From an uncultured Candidatus Entotheonella sp. (lineage in GTDB: Bacteria > Tectomicrobia > Entotheonellia > Entotheonellales > Entotheonellaceae): 64,000 nucleotides of DNA. This document shows, in pieces, positions 20,145 to 30,438 of the stretch. A program made the position numbers and the translations under genes. The stretch covers positions 4,032,001 through 4,096,000 of the forward strand of contig OZ244252.1 in assembly GCA_965217185.1 (NCBI GenBank). The letters run 5' to 3'. Under the pieces are notes generated by a model, which saw only the letters and a list, made by a program, of their open reading frames with translations, did not search any database and was not told the DNA's origin. Numbering within the stretch: position 1 is the first letter of the stretch; the number at the start of each line of letters is the position of its first letter.

Positions 20145-22112
20145 ATGTCTGCGGATTTCGAGTCAGGACTGGAAGCATATAACCGAGGGGATTACAAAAA
20201 CGCCTTCCTCATTTTCAATTGTCTCACTGAGCAGGGCGACGCTGCGGCGCAGTACCAACTTGGCGTCATGTATGCCGACGGTGAGGGCGTTCCCCAAGAC
20301 GATTCCGAGGCACTACGTTGGTACCGCATGGCCGCCGAGCAAGGGAATGCTGTTGCACAGTGGGAACTGGGCTTGATGTATTCCACCGGCGAGGGTGTTC
20401 CTAAAGATGATGTTGAAGCGGTACGTTGGCTTATGCTGGCCACTAAGCACGGGGACGGCGCTGCTTCTGCGGCGACGCGCTGGCACCGCATAGCCGCCGA
20501 GCGAGCGATCGAAAAACACCGCGCCGCCGTCAGGGAATACTCGACGGATGCCGAACGAATTTTGAAGGCGGTAGGCGAAGAAGCTCTCCGACAGGGCTTG
20601 CCGGCCTCGTTGCTCGCCGTACTTGAGAGTGACGGCGTGGAGTTGTCCGGTGTTCAGGTCGCCGAGGCGGCTATTGCCACGTACCACACGGATGCCCTCA
20701 GACACTACCGACGGGCACTCTCCCGATTGGACCCGCCAAGGCGTTGGGCGGGCTCGGAGCGAGTTGTCGATTTCGTTCGCTCACTGGGATTTTCCACCGA
20801 ATGGGCCGGAGAGCGAAAAAAGAACCGCGATCCGTATCTGGAAGTGGAAGGCCCGTATTCGCTCCCGAATCTCCACGACTACCAATTGACCATCGCCCAA
20901 AACGTGCGGTCCATGCTTCGCAACGACAACGGGGATGGAGCCGAGCGGCGTGGGATGATCAGCATGCCGACCGGCTCCGGCAAGACCCGCGTCGCCGTGC
21001 AGGCGATAGTCGAGGCAATGCGTGATGATAATTTCCGCGGTGGTGTTCTTTGGGTTGCGGACCGGGATGAGCTATGCGAGCAGGCCGTGGAATCATGGCG
21101 GCAGGTGTGGTCGAGCATCGGTGTCCAAGGGGCACGGCTCCGTATTTCCAGGATGTGGGGTGGGCAGATGAGACCGCTGGCGACGAGCGAACTCCATGTC
21201 ATTGTTGCGACCATCCAGACACTCAACGCGAGGCTTTCAGATCAAGGCGGCGAATACGATTTTCTGTCGGATTTTAAGCTGGTCGTCTTTGATGAGGCCC
21301 ACCGGTCGATCGCTCCAACCTTCACCTCCGTTATGCAGGACCTCGGCTTGACGCGCTTCCAACGAGGGCATGAGCCGTTCCTGCTTGGGCTAACCGCCAC
21401 GCCTTACCGCGGACAGGACGAGTCGGAGACCGAAAGGCTCGTCCGCCGCTATGGCAGTAACAGGTTCGATGCCGGGGCGTTTTCGAGCGACGACCCACAA
21501 GCCGTGATTCAGGAGTTGCAGGACATGGGCGTGCTTGCCCAAGCCGATCACCAGACCATTAAAGGCGAAACATTCTCAGCCGACATGTTCTCACCTCAAG
21601 AACTGGAGCAGGCGCAGTCCTTACCCTGGCTACCGCCGAGGGTAGAGGAGCGCATCGCGCAGAGTGTCGAGCGAACCCGGCGCATCGTCGAAGCGTATGA
21701 GGCACACGTTGATCCAGACTGGCCCGCCCTTGTCTTCGCCACGTCGGTCGAGCATGCCAAGACCTTGGCGGCACTTCTCACGAGTAAGGGGATCCGGTCA
21801 CGTGCTGTCAGTGGAGAGACGGAGACGGCCGCGCGCCGCCGAATGGTTGAAGAGTTCCGGTGTGGTGAGATCAGGGCGCTCGTGAACTACGGTGTTTTCC
21901 GTGAGGGCTTCGACGCGCCCAAGACTCGCGCCATCATCGTGGCGCGCCCTGTCTACAGCCCCAATCTCTACTTCCAGATGATCGGCAGGGGCCTACGTGG
22001 ACCGAAAAACGGTGGCGACGAGCGCTGCCTCGTTCTCAACGTCCAGGACAACATCGAGAACTTTCAGCGGGCGCTCGCCTTTTCGGAACTCGACTGGTTG
22101 TGGTCTGATTAA
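20145..22112 (+). CDS. Sel1-repeat / SF2 DEAH helicase fusion protein
   Basis: Two Sel1 repeats (AQYQLGVMYADGEGVPQD...WYRMAAEQG), then MPTGSGKT, FDEAH, GLTATP, EGFDAP and QMIGRGLR. Confidence 0.85.
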   Translation: MSADFESGLEAYNRGDYKNAFLIFNCLTEQGDAAAQYQLGVMYADGEGVPQDDSEALRWYRMAAEQGNAVAQWELGLMYSTGEGVPKDDVEAVRWLMLATKHGDGAASAATRWHRIAAERAIEKHRAAVREYSTDAERILKAVGEEALRQGLPASLLAVLESDGVELSGVQVAEAAIATYHTDALRHYRRALSRLDPPRRWAGSERVVDFVRSLGFSTEWAGERKKNRDPYLEVEGPYSLPNLHDYQLTIAQNVRSMLRNDNGDGAERRGMISMPTGSGKTRVAVQAIVEAMRDDNFRGGVLWVADRDELCEQAVESWRQVWSSIGVQGARLRISRMWGGQMRPLATSELHVIVATIQTLNARLSDQGGEYDFLSDFKLVVFDEAHRSIAPTFTSVMQDLGLTRFQRGHEPFLLGLTATPYRGQDESETERLVRRYGSNRFDAGAFSSDDPQAVIQELQDMGVLAQADHQTIKGETFSADMFSPQELEQAQSLPWLPPRVEERIAQSVERTRRIVEAYEAHVDPDWPALVFATSVEHAKTLAALLTSKGIRSRAVSGETETAARRRMVEEFRCGEIRALVNYGVFREGFDAPKTRAIIVARPVYSPNLYFQMIGRGLRGPKNGGDERCLVLNVQDNIENFQRALAFSELDWLWSD

Positions 22113-22150
22113 AAACGGAAGTCAGCGTGTGACATATGAAAGGAGACAGC

Positions 22151-22753
22151 ATGACAAACGAATTGGCCGACCTGCTGCCATGGCTTGATGGCTTTGTAGT
22201 GGGTCAGTCTTACACCCACTCATCAAGTTTTGACTTTTCTGAGGCGGTGACCCGTGGCGACATCATCAAAAGGCTACAGGCGTTTGAACCCGAAAACACT
22301 ATGATCCTGGCACTGTTAGGACGGTGTCCCGACTTCCATATCGTGCCAGTGAAGAACCGGGTCATGCTGATGGTGGATACCGACGTCGTGCACGTATGGC
22401 ATATAGCAAGGCCAAAGAAGTTCGCAGATGTGAGAGAAGACCGTATAGCAGGCGAATTGACGGACCTGCTGCCGTGGCTCGATGGCTATGTCGTGGGTCA
22501 GGTTGAGCCCTACGAGGTTGATGACGGCGACCTGTTGGATGACGCTTTTCATGATTTCGAGGCGGTGAGTCATATTGACATTATCAAAAAGCTACAGAGG
22601 TTTGAACCCGAGAACGCGACGACCCTGGCGCAGGTACGGCGGTGTCCCGACTTCCATATCGTGCCAGTGAAGAACCGGGTTATGCTGATAGTGGATACCG
22701 ACGTCATGCACGTATGGCAGTTTAACGGGATTGAGGAGGAGGAAGAGGAATAG
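22151..22753 (+). CDS. Hypothetical protein made of two near-identical ~85-aa modules
   Basis: AGGAG RBS. DLLPWLDG.VVGQ...RCPDFHIVPVKNRVML.VDTDV.HVW occurs twice, and the protein ends in a poly-Glu tail. Confidence 0.7.
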   Translation: MTNELADLLPWLDGFVVGQSYTHSSSFDFSEAVTRGDIIKRLQAFEPENTMILALLGRCPDFHIVPVKNRVMLMVDTDVVHVWHIARPKKFADVREDRIAGELTDLLPWLDGYVVGQVEPYEVDDGDLLDDAFHDFEAVSHIDIIKKLQRFEPENATTLAQVRRCPDFHIVPVKNRVMLIVDTDVMHVWQFNGIEEEEEE

Positions 22754-22853
22754 GAGACCAAGCCTGCCGCTGGTGATCGAAGACACCCCTATGCAGACCC
22801 GGCGCATCTGGGATAGGCACCCCTGAACGTTATCCACCCCATCGGAGAGAACT

Positions 22854-23720
22854 ATGCCAGTGCTCAGAAGTCTGCTGTTCGTTCCGGGCAACCGCGCCAA
22901 CATGTTGCAAAAGGCGATGGGCAGCGCCCCGGACGCCTTCATTCCCGATCTGGAGGACTCCGTTCCCGCCGACGAAAAAACGCAGGCGCGCAACGTGACG
23001 GCGTCGTTTCTGGCGCAACTCGCCCAAGTCGGGCCGCGGGTCATTCCGCGCGTCAATTCTCTGGGCACCGGCTTGTTGGAGGAGGACTTGGCGGCCGTCG
23101 TCGGCCCGTATATCTATGGCGTTTCGGTGGGCAAAATTTCCACCCCGGCGGATGTGGCGGCGGTGGACGGCGTGCTGGAGAAGCTCGAAGCCAAGGCCGG
23201 CCTGCAGCGCGGCCAAATCAGGCTGGTGCCCTGGATCGAGACGGCGCTGGCCATCGTCAAAGCCTACGACATCTGCACGGCGTCGCCACGCATCGTCGGG
23301 GTGGCGTTTGGGGCGGAGGACCTGACGCACGATATGGGCATCGAGCGCAGCGAGGACGATGCCGAGGTGGCGTATTCGCGCAACGTCATGTGCGTGGCGG
23401 CGCGGGCCGCCGAGGTGCTGGCGCTGGACACGCCGTACTTTGGTTTCCGCGACCCCGAAGGGCTGCAGCGCAACGCGCGCGCCTCCCGCAAGATCGGCTT
23501 CAAGGGCAAGTTCGCCATTCATCCGGCGCAGGTGGACCTCATCAACGCCGCTTTCTCGCCCTCCGAGGCCGAGGTGGCGCACGCCCGCCGCGTGGTGGCG
23601 GCGTTCGAAGAAGCCGAGCGGCAGGGCAGGGGGTCCACGTCGCTGGACGGCCAGGTGGTGGACGTGCCGGTGGTGAAGCGCGCCCGCGCCCTGCTGGAAG
23701 TGGCGGAAAGCCTGACGTGA
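22854..23720 (+). CDS. CitE / malyl-CoA lyase family CoA-ester lyase
   Basis: Motifs RSLLFVPG, DLEDSV, RVN, IET, FGAED, GFKGKFAIHPAQ and DGQVVDVP. Confidence 0.9.
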   Translation: MPVLRSLLFVPGNRANMLQKAMGSAPDAFIPDLEDSVPADEKTQARNVTASFLAQLAQVGPRVIPRVNSLGTGLLEEDLAAVVGPYIYGVSVGKISTPADVAAVDGVLEKLEAKAGLQRGQIRLVPWIETALAIVKAYDICTASPRIVGVAFGAEDLTHDMGIERSEDDAEVAYSRNVMCVAARAAEVLALDTPYFGFRDPEGLQRNARASRKIGFKGKFAIHPAQVDLINAAFSPSEAEVAHARRVVAAFEEAERQGRGSTSLDGQVVDVPVVKRARALLEVAESLT

Positions 23721-23727
23721 GGACGAC

Positions 23728-24186
23728 TTATTCAAAGCCCTTTTCGGCGAGCCTTTCCTGCACGGCGCGGGCGAATTCCCGGCCCCATATCTCACCGGCG
23801 GTCCGGCTCTCGTGGTGCATCTGCGGCATGACGGCCAGCAGTTTGCGGCCGACCGGCGTTTCGTAGAACGCGATTAGCTCCTTGATGTCCGCGTGCGTCA
23901 GGTGCTTGTCGTAAATTGGTACCAGCATCTCCATGACGAAGGCGTCCACCTTCGCCTCCGCCCCGCTGACCATCTCTATCCACACCGCCTCGGGCACGTC
24001 GCTGTGCGCGCGCTGGAACATGCCGATGACCTGGCTGAACACCCGCAAACCGGTGTTGGAGGCGCCGGTGATGCCGAGCAGTTTCTTGATGTCGGCTCGT
24101 TTGGGCGTAGCTTCGTCTTGTCCATAAGCCGGGCCGAAGCCAAGTCCCAGCACCAGCGCCAGGACCACGAGATAGGAACGCTTCAT
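23728..24186 (-). CDS. DUF2059 domain exported protein
   Basis: Signal peptide and IYDKHLTHADIKELIAFYETPVGRKL. Confidence 0.85.
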   Translation of the reverse strand: MKRSYLVVLALVLGLGFGPAYGQDEATPKRADIKKLLGITGASNTGLRVFSQVIGMFQRAHSDVPEAVWIEMVSGAEAKVDAFVMEMLVPIYDKHLTHADIKELIAFYETPVGRKLLAVMPQMHHESRTAGEIWGREFARAVQERLAEKGFE

Positions 24187-24431
24187 GTGATGTTTCCCTT
24201 CTGAGCGCCGCAGCCCGAAGATCGGGGCATGGGTGCTCGTTCTTGATGAGTATGCTGCATCAACGGCATGTTTCACACGCCGGACGCCTCCCGCCCAGTC
24301 GTCGGAAACGCCCGACCCTGCTTTGCATAATGTATTGAAACCCATTGAGTTTGTACACGCGCTTGTCAAGGGCCATGGGCCAAAGTAGAATGCCCCGTTT
24401 GCACGGCATCGTATCAGTCCTGACAGGGAGT

Positions 24432-25685
24432 ATGAGCCCTATGGCTCACTTGGCAATAGCGGGTGGGACAGCGCTGCGGCGGGCGCCTTTTCCGGCTTGG
24501 CCGGTCTGGGATCAAAGCGACGTGCAGGCGCTGCAGCGGGTGTTGCAAAGTGGCCATTGGGACGCCCTCAAGGGCGAGGAAGTGAGTCACTTCGAGGCCG
24601 AGTTTGCCGCCTACCAAGGCGCCGCGCACGGCGTGGCGGTGACCAATGGCACGGTCGCCCTCAAGCTGGCGCTCATTGCCGCCGGGGTGGGGCTGGGCGA
24701 CGAAGTCATCGTGCCGGGCTACACTTTTATTGCTACCGCCACCGCTGCCCTGGAACTCGGCGCCATTCCCGTTTTTGCCGACGTCGATCCGCAGACCTAC
24801 ACCCTTAATCCCGACAGCGTGGCGGCGTGCATCACAAGCCGCACGCGCGCCATTATGCCCGTCCACCTCGGCGGCTGTCCGGCGGACATGGACGGCCTGC
24901 TGGCCCTGGCCCGACGGCACGGGCTTGCCGTGGTGGAGGATGCGGCGCAGGCCTGGGGCGCGTCATGGAACGGCTGTCGCGTCGGCACCCTCGGGCAGTG
25001 CGGCATCGTCAGTTTTCACGCCTCGAAGAACCTGACCGCCGGCGAGGGCGGCATGGTTCTTTGCAACGACCCCGACATCGCTTCTCTGGTCCGTTCGCTG
25101 AGTAACTGCGGCCGCCAGCCCGACGGCCTGTGGTACGCGCACTACCTGCTGGGCGGCAACTACCGCCTCAGTGAGTTCCAGGGCGCCGTCCTGCGCAGCC
25201 AGTTGCAGCGTTATCCCGAGCAGTTCGCGCACCGCCAGGCCAACGCCGCCTACCTCACCGGGGCGCTGGCCGACATCGACGGCGTCACCCCGCTTCCTGC
25301 CGACCCCCGCGTCACCGCTAACGCTTACCACGTGTTCTTCCTGAAGTACGACGCCGAGCGCTTCGGCGACATCGGAAAACTGCGCTTCATCGCCGCCATG
25401 CGGGCCGAGGGCATCACCGATTTGCACGCCGGGTACTCGTTGCCCGCTTACCGCCAGCCTGTTATGCTGGCCAAAAATTTCGGTCTGGCCAAGCCGCCGT
25501 TCCTAAACGGATCGCACGCGGCCGTGCCGGATTACGGCGCTGTGGCCTGCCCGGTCACGGAATACGCCTGCGACTACGAGGCGTTGTGGCTACGGCAAAA
25601 CGTGCTGCTGGGCGAACGGCGCGACATGGACGACGTCGTGGCCGCGATGGACAAAATTCAACGCCATTTGGACGAAGTGCCGTAA
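24432..25685 (+). CDS. DegT/DnrJ/EryC1/StrS PLP aminotransferase (AHBA-synthase-like)
   Basis: Motifs NGTVAL, YTFIAT, EDAAQA, SFHASKNLTAGEGG and GGNYRLSEFQ. Confidence 0.9.
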   Translation: MSPMAHLAIAGGTALRRAPFPAWPVWDQSDVQALQRVLQSGHWDALKGEEVSHFEAEFAAYQGAAHGVAVTNGTVALKLALIAAGVGLGDEVIVPGYTFIATATAALELGAIPVFADVDPQTYTLNPDSVAACITSRTRAIMPVHLGGCPADMDGLLALARRHGLAVVEDAAQAWGASWNGCRVGTLGQCGIVSFHASKNLTAGEGGMVLCNDPDIASLVRSLSNCGRQPDGLWYAHYLLGGNYRLSEFQGAVLRSQLQRYPEQFAHRQANAAYLTGALADIDGVTPLPADPRVTANAYHVFFLKYDAERFGDIGKLRFIAAMRAEGITDLHAGYSLPAYRQPVMLAKNFGLAKPPFLNGSHAAVPDYGAVACPVTEYACDYEALWLRQNVLLGERRDMDDVVAAMDKIQRHLDEVP

Positions 25686-25735
25686 CCCTGCGGAAATGAC
25701 GGTCCCGGCACGACTGCACGGGCGGAGCGAGGCGC

Positions 25736-27025
25736 ATGCAAATCACACGCATCAAAGACTTGGCACCGGATGCCTACGAGCGGCTGATGCAGCGCTCGGG
25801 GGCGGACGTGCAGCGCGTCATGCCGCAGGTGCAGGAGATCATGGCGGACGTCCGTGAGCGCGGCGATGCGGCGCTGCGCGAATACGCCGCGCGGTTCGAC
25901 GGCGCCGCCGTGGATGACATCCGTGTCAGTGAGGACGAGGTCGCCGAGGCCAAACGTCAGTTGGCGCCGGAGTTGCTGACCAGCCTGGAGCGGGCGAGAG
26001 ACAACATCGAACGTTTCCACCGCCAGCAGCTTCCCGCCGAAGACCTGCACGAGTTGCAACCTGGCGTGCGCACCGGGCGCATGTGGCGGCCCATCGAGAA
26101 GGTTGGCCTCTACGCCCCCGGCGGCAAGGCCCTGTACCCTTCCACCGTGTTGATGCTCGGCGTTCCCGCCAGGGTGGCGGGCTGCGAGCAGCGGGTGTTG
26201 TGCATGCCGCCGCAGAAAGACGGCAGCCTGCCTGCGGTGATGTTGGCCGCCGCCGATTGCGTCGGTATCCGCGACATCTTCAAAGTCGGTGGCGCCCAGG
26301 CCATCGCCGCCATGACGTTCGGCACCGAGAGCGTGCCGCAGGTCTACAAGATATTCGGTCCCGGCAGCGTGTACGTGGTGGCCGCCAAAATCTGCGCCGC
26401 CAGCAGCGGCCTGCCGATCGCCATTGACTGCCCCCCCGGCCCGTCGGAAGTGCTGATTATCGCCGATCATACCGCCCAGCCGGCCTTCGTGGCCGCCGAC
26501 CTGTTGTCCCAGGCCGAGCACGGCGAAGACTCGGCGGCCATCCTGCTGACCCCCAGCGAATCCCTGGCCCAGGAAGTGCAGGCAGCTGTCGAGCGGCAGA
26601 TACCCGAGTTGCCCGAGGCCCGCCGCATCCAGGCGGCCCTCGACAACTACGGCATGATTCTCATTGCCGACGACCTGGAGGACTGCACCGACTTCGCCAA
26701 CGCCTACGCGCCCGAGCACCTGGAAATCATGACCGAGGACCCGTGGGCCGTGAGCCGCGGTATCGTCAACGCCGGCTCGGTATTTCTCGGCCACTATTCA
26801 CCTGTCACCATGGGCGATTACCTGTCGGGCACCAACCACGTCATCCCGACAGGAGGTTACGCCCGCATGTTCTCGCCGCTGTCGGTCGATGAGTTCATCA
26901 AAAAACTGGAAGTCCAGGAACTGACGCCGCAGGGCCTGCAGGCGCTGCAAGAGCCGCTGCGCGCCCTGACCACCGCCGAGGGCTTTGCTGCGCACCAGCG
27001 GGCCGTGGACGTCCGCTTTAGCTAG
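25736..27025 (+). CDS. hisD: Histidinol dehydrogenase
   Basis: Motifs GLYAPGG...YPST, GGAQAIAA, GPSEV, DLLSQAEH, APEHLE and GDY.SGTNHVIPT. Confidence 0.93.
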   Translation: MQITRIKDLAPDAYERLMQRSGADVQRVMPQVQEIMADVRERGDAALREYAARFDGAAVDDIRVSEDEVAEAKRQLAPELLTSLERARDNIERFHRQQLPAEDLHELQPGVRTGRMWRPIEKVGLYAPGGKALYPSTVLMLGVPARVAGCEQRVLCMPPQKDGSLPAVMLAAADCVGIRDIFKVGGAQAIAAMTFGTESVPQVYKIFGPGSVYVVAAKICAASSGLPIAIDCPPGPSEVLIIADHTAQPAFVAADLLSQAEHGEDSAAILLTPSESLAQEVQAAVERQIPELPEARRIQAALDNYGMILIADDLEDCTDFANAYAPEHLEIMTEDPWAVSRGIVNAGSVFLGHYSPVTMGDYLSGTNHVIPTGGYARMFSPLSVDEFIKKLEVQELTPQGLQALQEPLRALTTAEGFAAHQRAVDVRFS

Positions 27026-27036
27026 GAAATCACGCC

Positions 27037-30000
27037 ATGAGCCAGGAATACCGCGTTTTCGCCAAATTCGTGCGGCGGGTGCAGCGTCGCCTCTATCAAC
27101 GCCGTCTGTTGCAGGGCGGCGTGCTGACCGGCATTGTGGCCCTGGCCCTGCTGCTGCTGGGCGTCGCGGTGCAGCCGCTGATCCCGCGGCTGCCGCTGGC
27201 CGCCCTGGTCTACAGCGCCGTGGGCGTGCTGGCCGTGTTGGCACTGATCCCTTACGTGCTGCGGCCGGCCGTGCGCTGGGTGACGCAGAAGCAGGCCCTG
27301 GCGCGCATCGAGGAGGCCTATCCCGGTTCGCACGACGACCTGCGCAACGCTCTGCAACTGGACGCCGAGGCATTGCGCCGTGCCAACCCGCACGGCGTGG
27401 CGCTCGATTTGGTGCAGGCGCTGCACGGGCGCGTCGCTCGCCAGGTGGCCGAATTCAAGACGCGCAGCGTGGTGCGCCGCCGACGCCTGCAGGGCGTGGC
27501 TTGGTGCGCCATGCTGGTGCTGGCCGCGGTTGGCGCCAGCCGCTTGCAGCCCGGCGCCCTGGGCGAGTCGTGGCGCATGCTGACCCAGCCCCAGTCCTAC
27601 CTGCCGGCGCGCGCCATGGACATCACCATTGAGCCCGTTCAGGCGGTCATCGCGCGTGGCAGCAACCTCGACGTGCAGGCACAGGTGAGCGGGCGTTTGC
27701 CGCGTAATATGCAGATCCGCCTGCAACGCGACGGCGAGGCCGCGCAATCGTATGACATGGAAGGCCAGGAGCCCGGCGTCTTCCGCTACACCATTCTCGA
27801 ACCGCAGGCGTCGCTGAGCTTTCAGGCCGTCAACGGCGGTTACGCCTCCGAAGCCGGCGCGTTGAAGGTGGTGCCCGACCCGGCCGTCGGCCAACTGGTG
27901 CTGCGCTACCTGTTTCCCGACTACACCGGCCTGCCCGAACAGGTCCAGGAGGGCGGCGGCGACATCCAGGCGCTGCCCGGTACCCAGGTGCGCCTCAGCA
28001 TGCGCGCCAACGTTCCTCTGGCCAGCGGCCGCATGCGTTTCGAGGTCGGCGATGAAGTCCCCCTCGCTATTACCGACGGCCAGGAGCTGCGCGGCGAGTT
28101 GCTGGTCATGCAGAACGACGCCTACGTCATCGAGGTCGAAGACCTGCACGGCCTGAAGAACTCCCGCCCGCCGCGTTTTGCGGTGCAGGTGCAGCCCGAT
28201 GCCGTGCCCACCGTTGAAGTGATCGAACCCGGCGACGGTGTGGAAGTAGACGAAACCACCACCCTGAGCATCCGCTACGAGGCGGCGGACGACTTCGGCC
28301 TGCAAAATGCTGCTTTGATCTACTTCGGCCCGGCCGGCGGCGAACAGCGCGTGCCGATGCACCAGGGCCGCTTCGACCGCTCGTCGGTCTTCGAAACCTT
28401 CACCTGGAACATGAACGATTGGGTGCTGCCGGACGGCGATACCCTGCAGTTCTACGTCGAGGTGTACGACAACGACACCATCAGCGGCCCCAAGCGCGGC
28501 GTGTCGGAGACCGTGACCCTGCGCATGCGGAACCGTGAACAGGAACACGACGAACTGGAGCAATTGCAGGAAGAGCTCGCCGACGCCATGCTCGACCTGC
28601 TTGCCGACCACCTCGACCTGGCCGCCGAATTCGAGGAATGGCAGGAGCAGGCCGAGGCGGATGAGGAACTCGACCCCAACGCTCTGGAGCAGGCCCAAGA
28701 GCGCCAGCAGGAGGCTGAGCAGCGCGCCGAGCAACTCGCCGAGCAGGTGGATGAGGCCCTCGCCAGGGTTCAGAACGACCCGTACAGCTCGTACGAGAGC
28801 TTTGCCGATTTGCAGGCTCTGCAGCGGAACATGGAGCGCATGCAGAACAATCTGATGCCGTCACTGCAGCAGAGCATGCAGGCCATGCCGCAGCAGAACG
28901 CCTCGCCGTCGCAGATGGCCGAACCACAGGAGCGGCTCGAGGACGTGCTGGAGGAGTTGGAGCGCATGGCGTCGCTGTCCGAGCAGATCGCCGACAACGA
29001 GAAGATGCAGGACCTGGAGCGCCTCAGCACCAAGATGATGGAGGAGCAGAATTCTCTGCTGTCGGCGCTCGACGATCTGCCGCAGGACTTCCAGGGCGGT
29101 GAGTTGCCGCCGGAACTCCAGGAGATGCTGGACAACCTGCAATCCATGATGCAGCAACTCATGGAGGCCATGGCGCAGATGCCCACAGCCATGTCCGACG
29201 AGTTTCTCAACAGCCAGCTCGAAAATCTGCCGCTGGACGACATGGCGCAGCAAATGCAGGAACTGCAAGAAAAACTGGCCGAAGGCGATCTTGAGGCCGC
29301 CAAGAAGCTGGCCGAGGAACTTCTGAAGAACATGTCGGCGATGGTGGCCGCCATGCAGAACATGCAGCAGCAGGCGGGCGAGGGCACGATGGACGCCATG
29401 GGGCAGCAGTTGATGGAGTCGGCCAACCGCCTGCAGGACCTGGTGCAGCGCCAGGATGAGATTCTGAACGACACGCAGCAGATCGACCAGGACGCGGTGA
29501 AGCGGCTGAACGAGGCGCAGCAGCAGGCGTTTGAGTCGGCGCAGCAAACCGTTGAGGACGAGCTGAACGCGCTGTCGCGGCAGTTGGCGGAATGGGCGCA
29601 GCGCTGGCGTCGGCAGCCGGACGCCGATCGCATGTTCGACGAAGTTGCGCGGCATACGCTGCGGCCGGTGTTCGACGCCATGAAGCACCTGGACGAGCCC
29701 GACATGCCAAAGGCGCGGCAGGCTATGCAGAAGGCCCAGGAACAACTCGATTGGCTGCAGCAGCGCGCCGCCCAGACGATGCCGGATGATGCCGCCCTGC
29801 AACAGCAAACGGCGCAGGCGCAGCAGCGCATGCAGGCCGCGCAGCAGGCGCTCGACAGCCTGCCGCAGGACCGCCACGCCATGCTGACGCCGCAGCAGCG
29901 CGAACAGCTCGGCGGCCTGTCGCAGCAACAGGCCGGGGTGCAGGCAGACGCGCAGCAACTGGCCGAGGAACTGGCGCAGATGATGCCGTTGCTGCCGTCG

Positions 30001-30438
30001 CTGCCGGGCGACATCAGCCAGAACGTGCAGGACGCCGTGCCGTTCATGGGGGAGGCCAGGGACGCCCTCGGCAACCAGCAAAGCCAGCCCGCCATTCCGC
30101 CCGAGCAGGCCGCCCTGGAGCGCCTGCGCAGCGCCAATACCAGTATGCAGCAGGCCATGCAGGGCATGCAGCAGCGCGGCCAGATGATGGGCATGTCCAT
30201 GCCCATGCTGCAGCAGGCCGGCCGCATGCCCATACCGGGGATGCTGGATCAGATGCGCATTGACGAGCAGGAGGCGGGCCGGATGGGCACCAGCGTGCGC
30301 AATTTCCAGTTGCCCGACAAGGAGGCGTACAAGGTGCCGCGCATGTTCCGTGAGGACATCATGGAGGCGCTGCAAGAGGGCTACCCGGAACGCTACAAGG
30401 ACCGCATCGAGCAGTATTATCGGGACATCGTCCGTTGA
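27037..30438 (+). CDS. DUF4175-like membrane-anchored, Gln/Met-rich coiled-coil protein
   Basis: N-terminal TM helices, Ig-like middle region (DDFGL, DND..SGP), long Q/E/M coiled coil and terminal YPERYKDRIEQYY. Confidence 0.8.
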   Translation: MSQEYRVFAKFVRRVQRRLYQRRLLQGGVLTGIVALALLLLGVAVQPLIPRLPLAALVYSAVGVLAVLALIPYVLRPAVRWVTQKQALARIEEAYPGSHDDLRNALQLDAEALRRANPHGVALDLVQALHGRVARQVAEFKTRSVVRRRRLQGVAWCAMLVLAAVGASRLQPGALGESWRMLTQPQSYLPARAMDITIEPVQAVIARGSNLDVQAQVSGRLPRNMQIRLQRDGEAAQSYDMEGQEPGVFRYTILEPQASLSFQAVNGGYASEAGALKVVPDPAVGQLVLRYLFPDYTGLPEQVQEGGGDIQALPGTQVRLSMRANVPLASGRMRFEVGDEVPLAITDGQELRGELLVMQNDAYVIEVEDLHGLKNSRPPRFAVQVQPDAVPTVEVIEPGDGVEVDETTTLSIRYEAADDFGLQNAALIYFGPAGGEQRVPMHQGRFDRSSVFETFTWNMNDWVLPDGDTLQFYVEVYDNDTISGPKRGVSETVTLRMRNREQEHDELEQLQEELADAMLDLLADHLDLAAEFEEWQEQAEADEELDPNALEQAQERQQEAEQRAEQLAEQVDEALARVQNDPYSSYESFADLQALQRNMERMQNNLMPSLQQSMQAMPQQNASPSQMAEPQERLEDVLEELERMASLSEQIADNEKMQDLERLSTKMMEEQNSLLSALDDLPQDFQGGELPPELQEMLDNLQSMMQQLMEAMAQMPTAMSDEFLNSQLENLPLDDMAQQMQELQEKLAEGDLEAAKKLAEELLKNMSAMVAAMQNMQQQAGEGTMDAMGQQLMESANRLQDLVQRQDEILNDTQQIDQDAVKRLNEAQQQAFESAQQTVEDELNALSRQLAEWAQRWRRQPDADRMFDEVARHTLRPVFDAMKHLDEPDMPKARQAMQKAQEQLDWLQQRAAQTMPDDAALQQQTAQAQQRMQAAQQALDSLPQDRHAMLTPQQREQLGGLSQQQAGVQADAQQLAEELAQMMPLLPSLPGDISQNVQDAVPFMGEARDALGNQQSQPAIPPEQAALERLRSANTSMQQAMQGMQQRGQMMGMSMPMLQQAGRMPIPGMLDQMRIDEQEAGRMGTSVRNFQLPDKEAYKVPRMFREDIMEALQEGYPERYKDRIEQYYRDIVR

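Noticed and set aside
28700..30300. Gln/Met-rich low-complexity CAG-rich DNA
   Set aside because: Explained by the coiled-coil coding sequence of the DUF4175-like protein.
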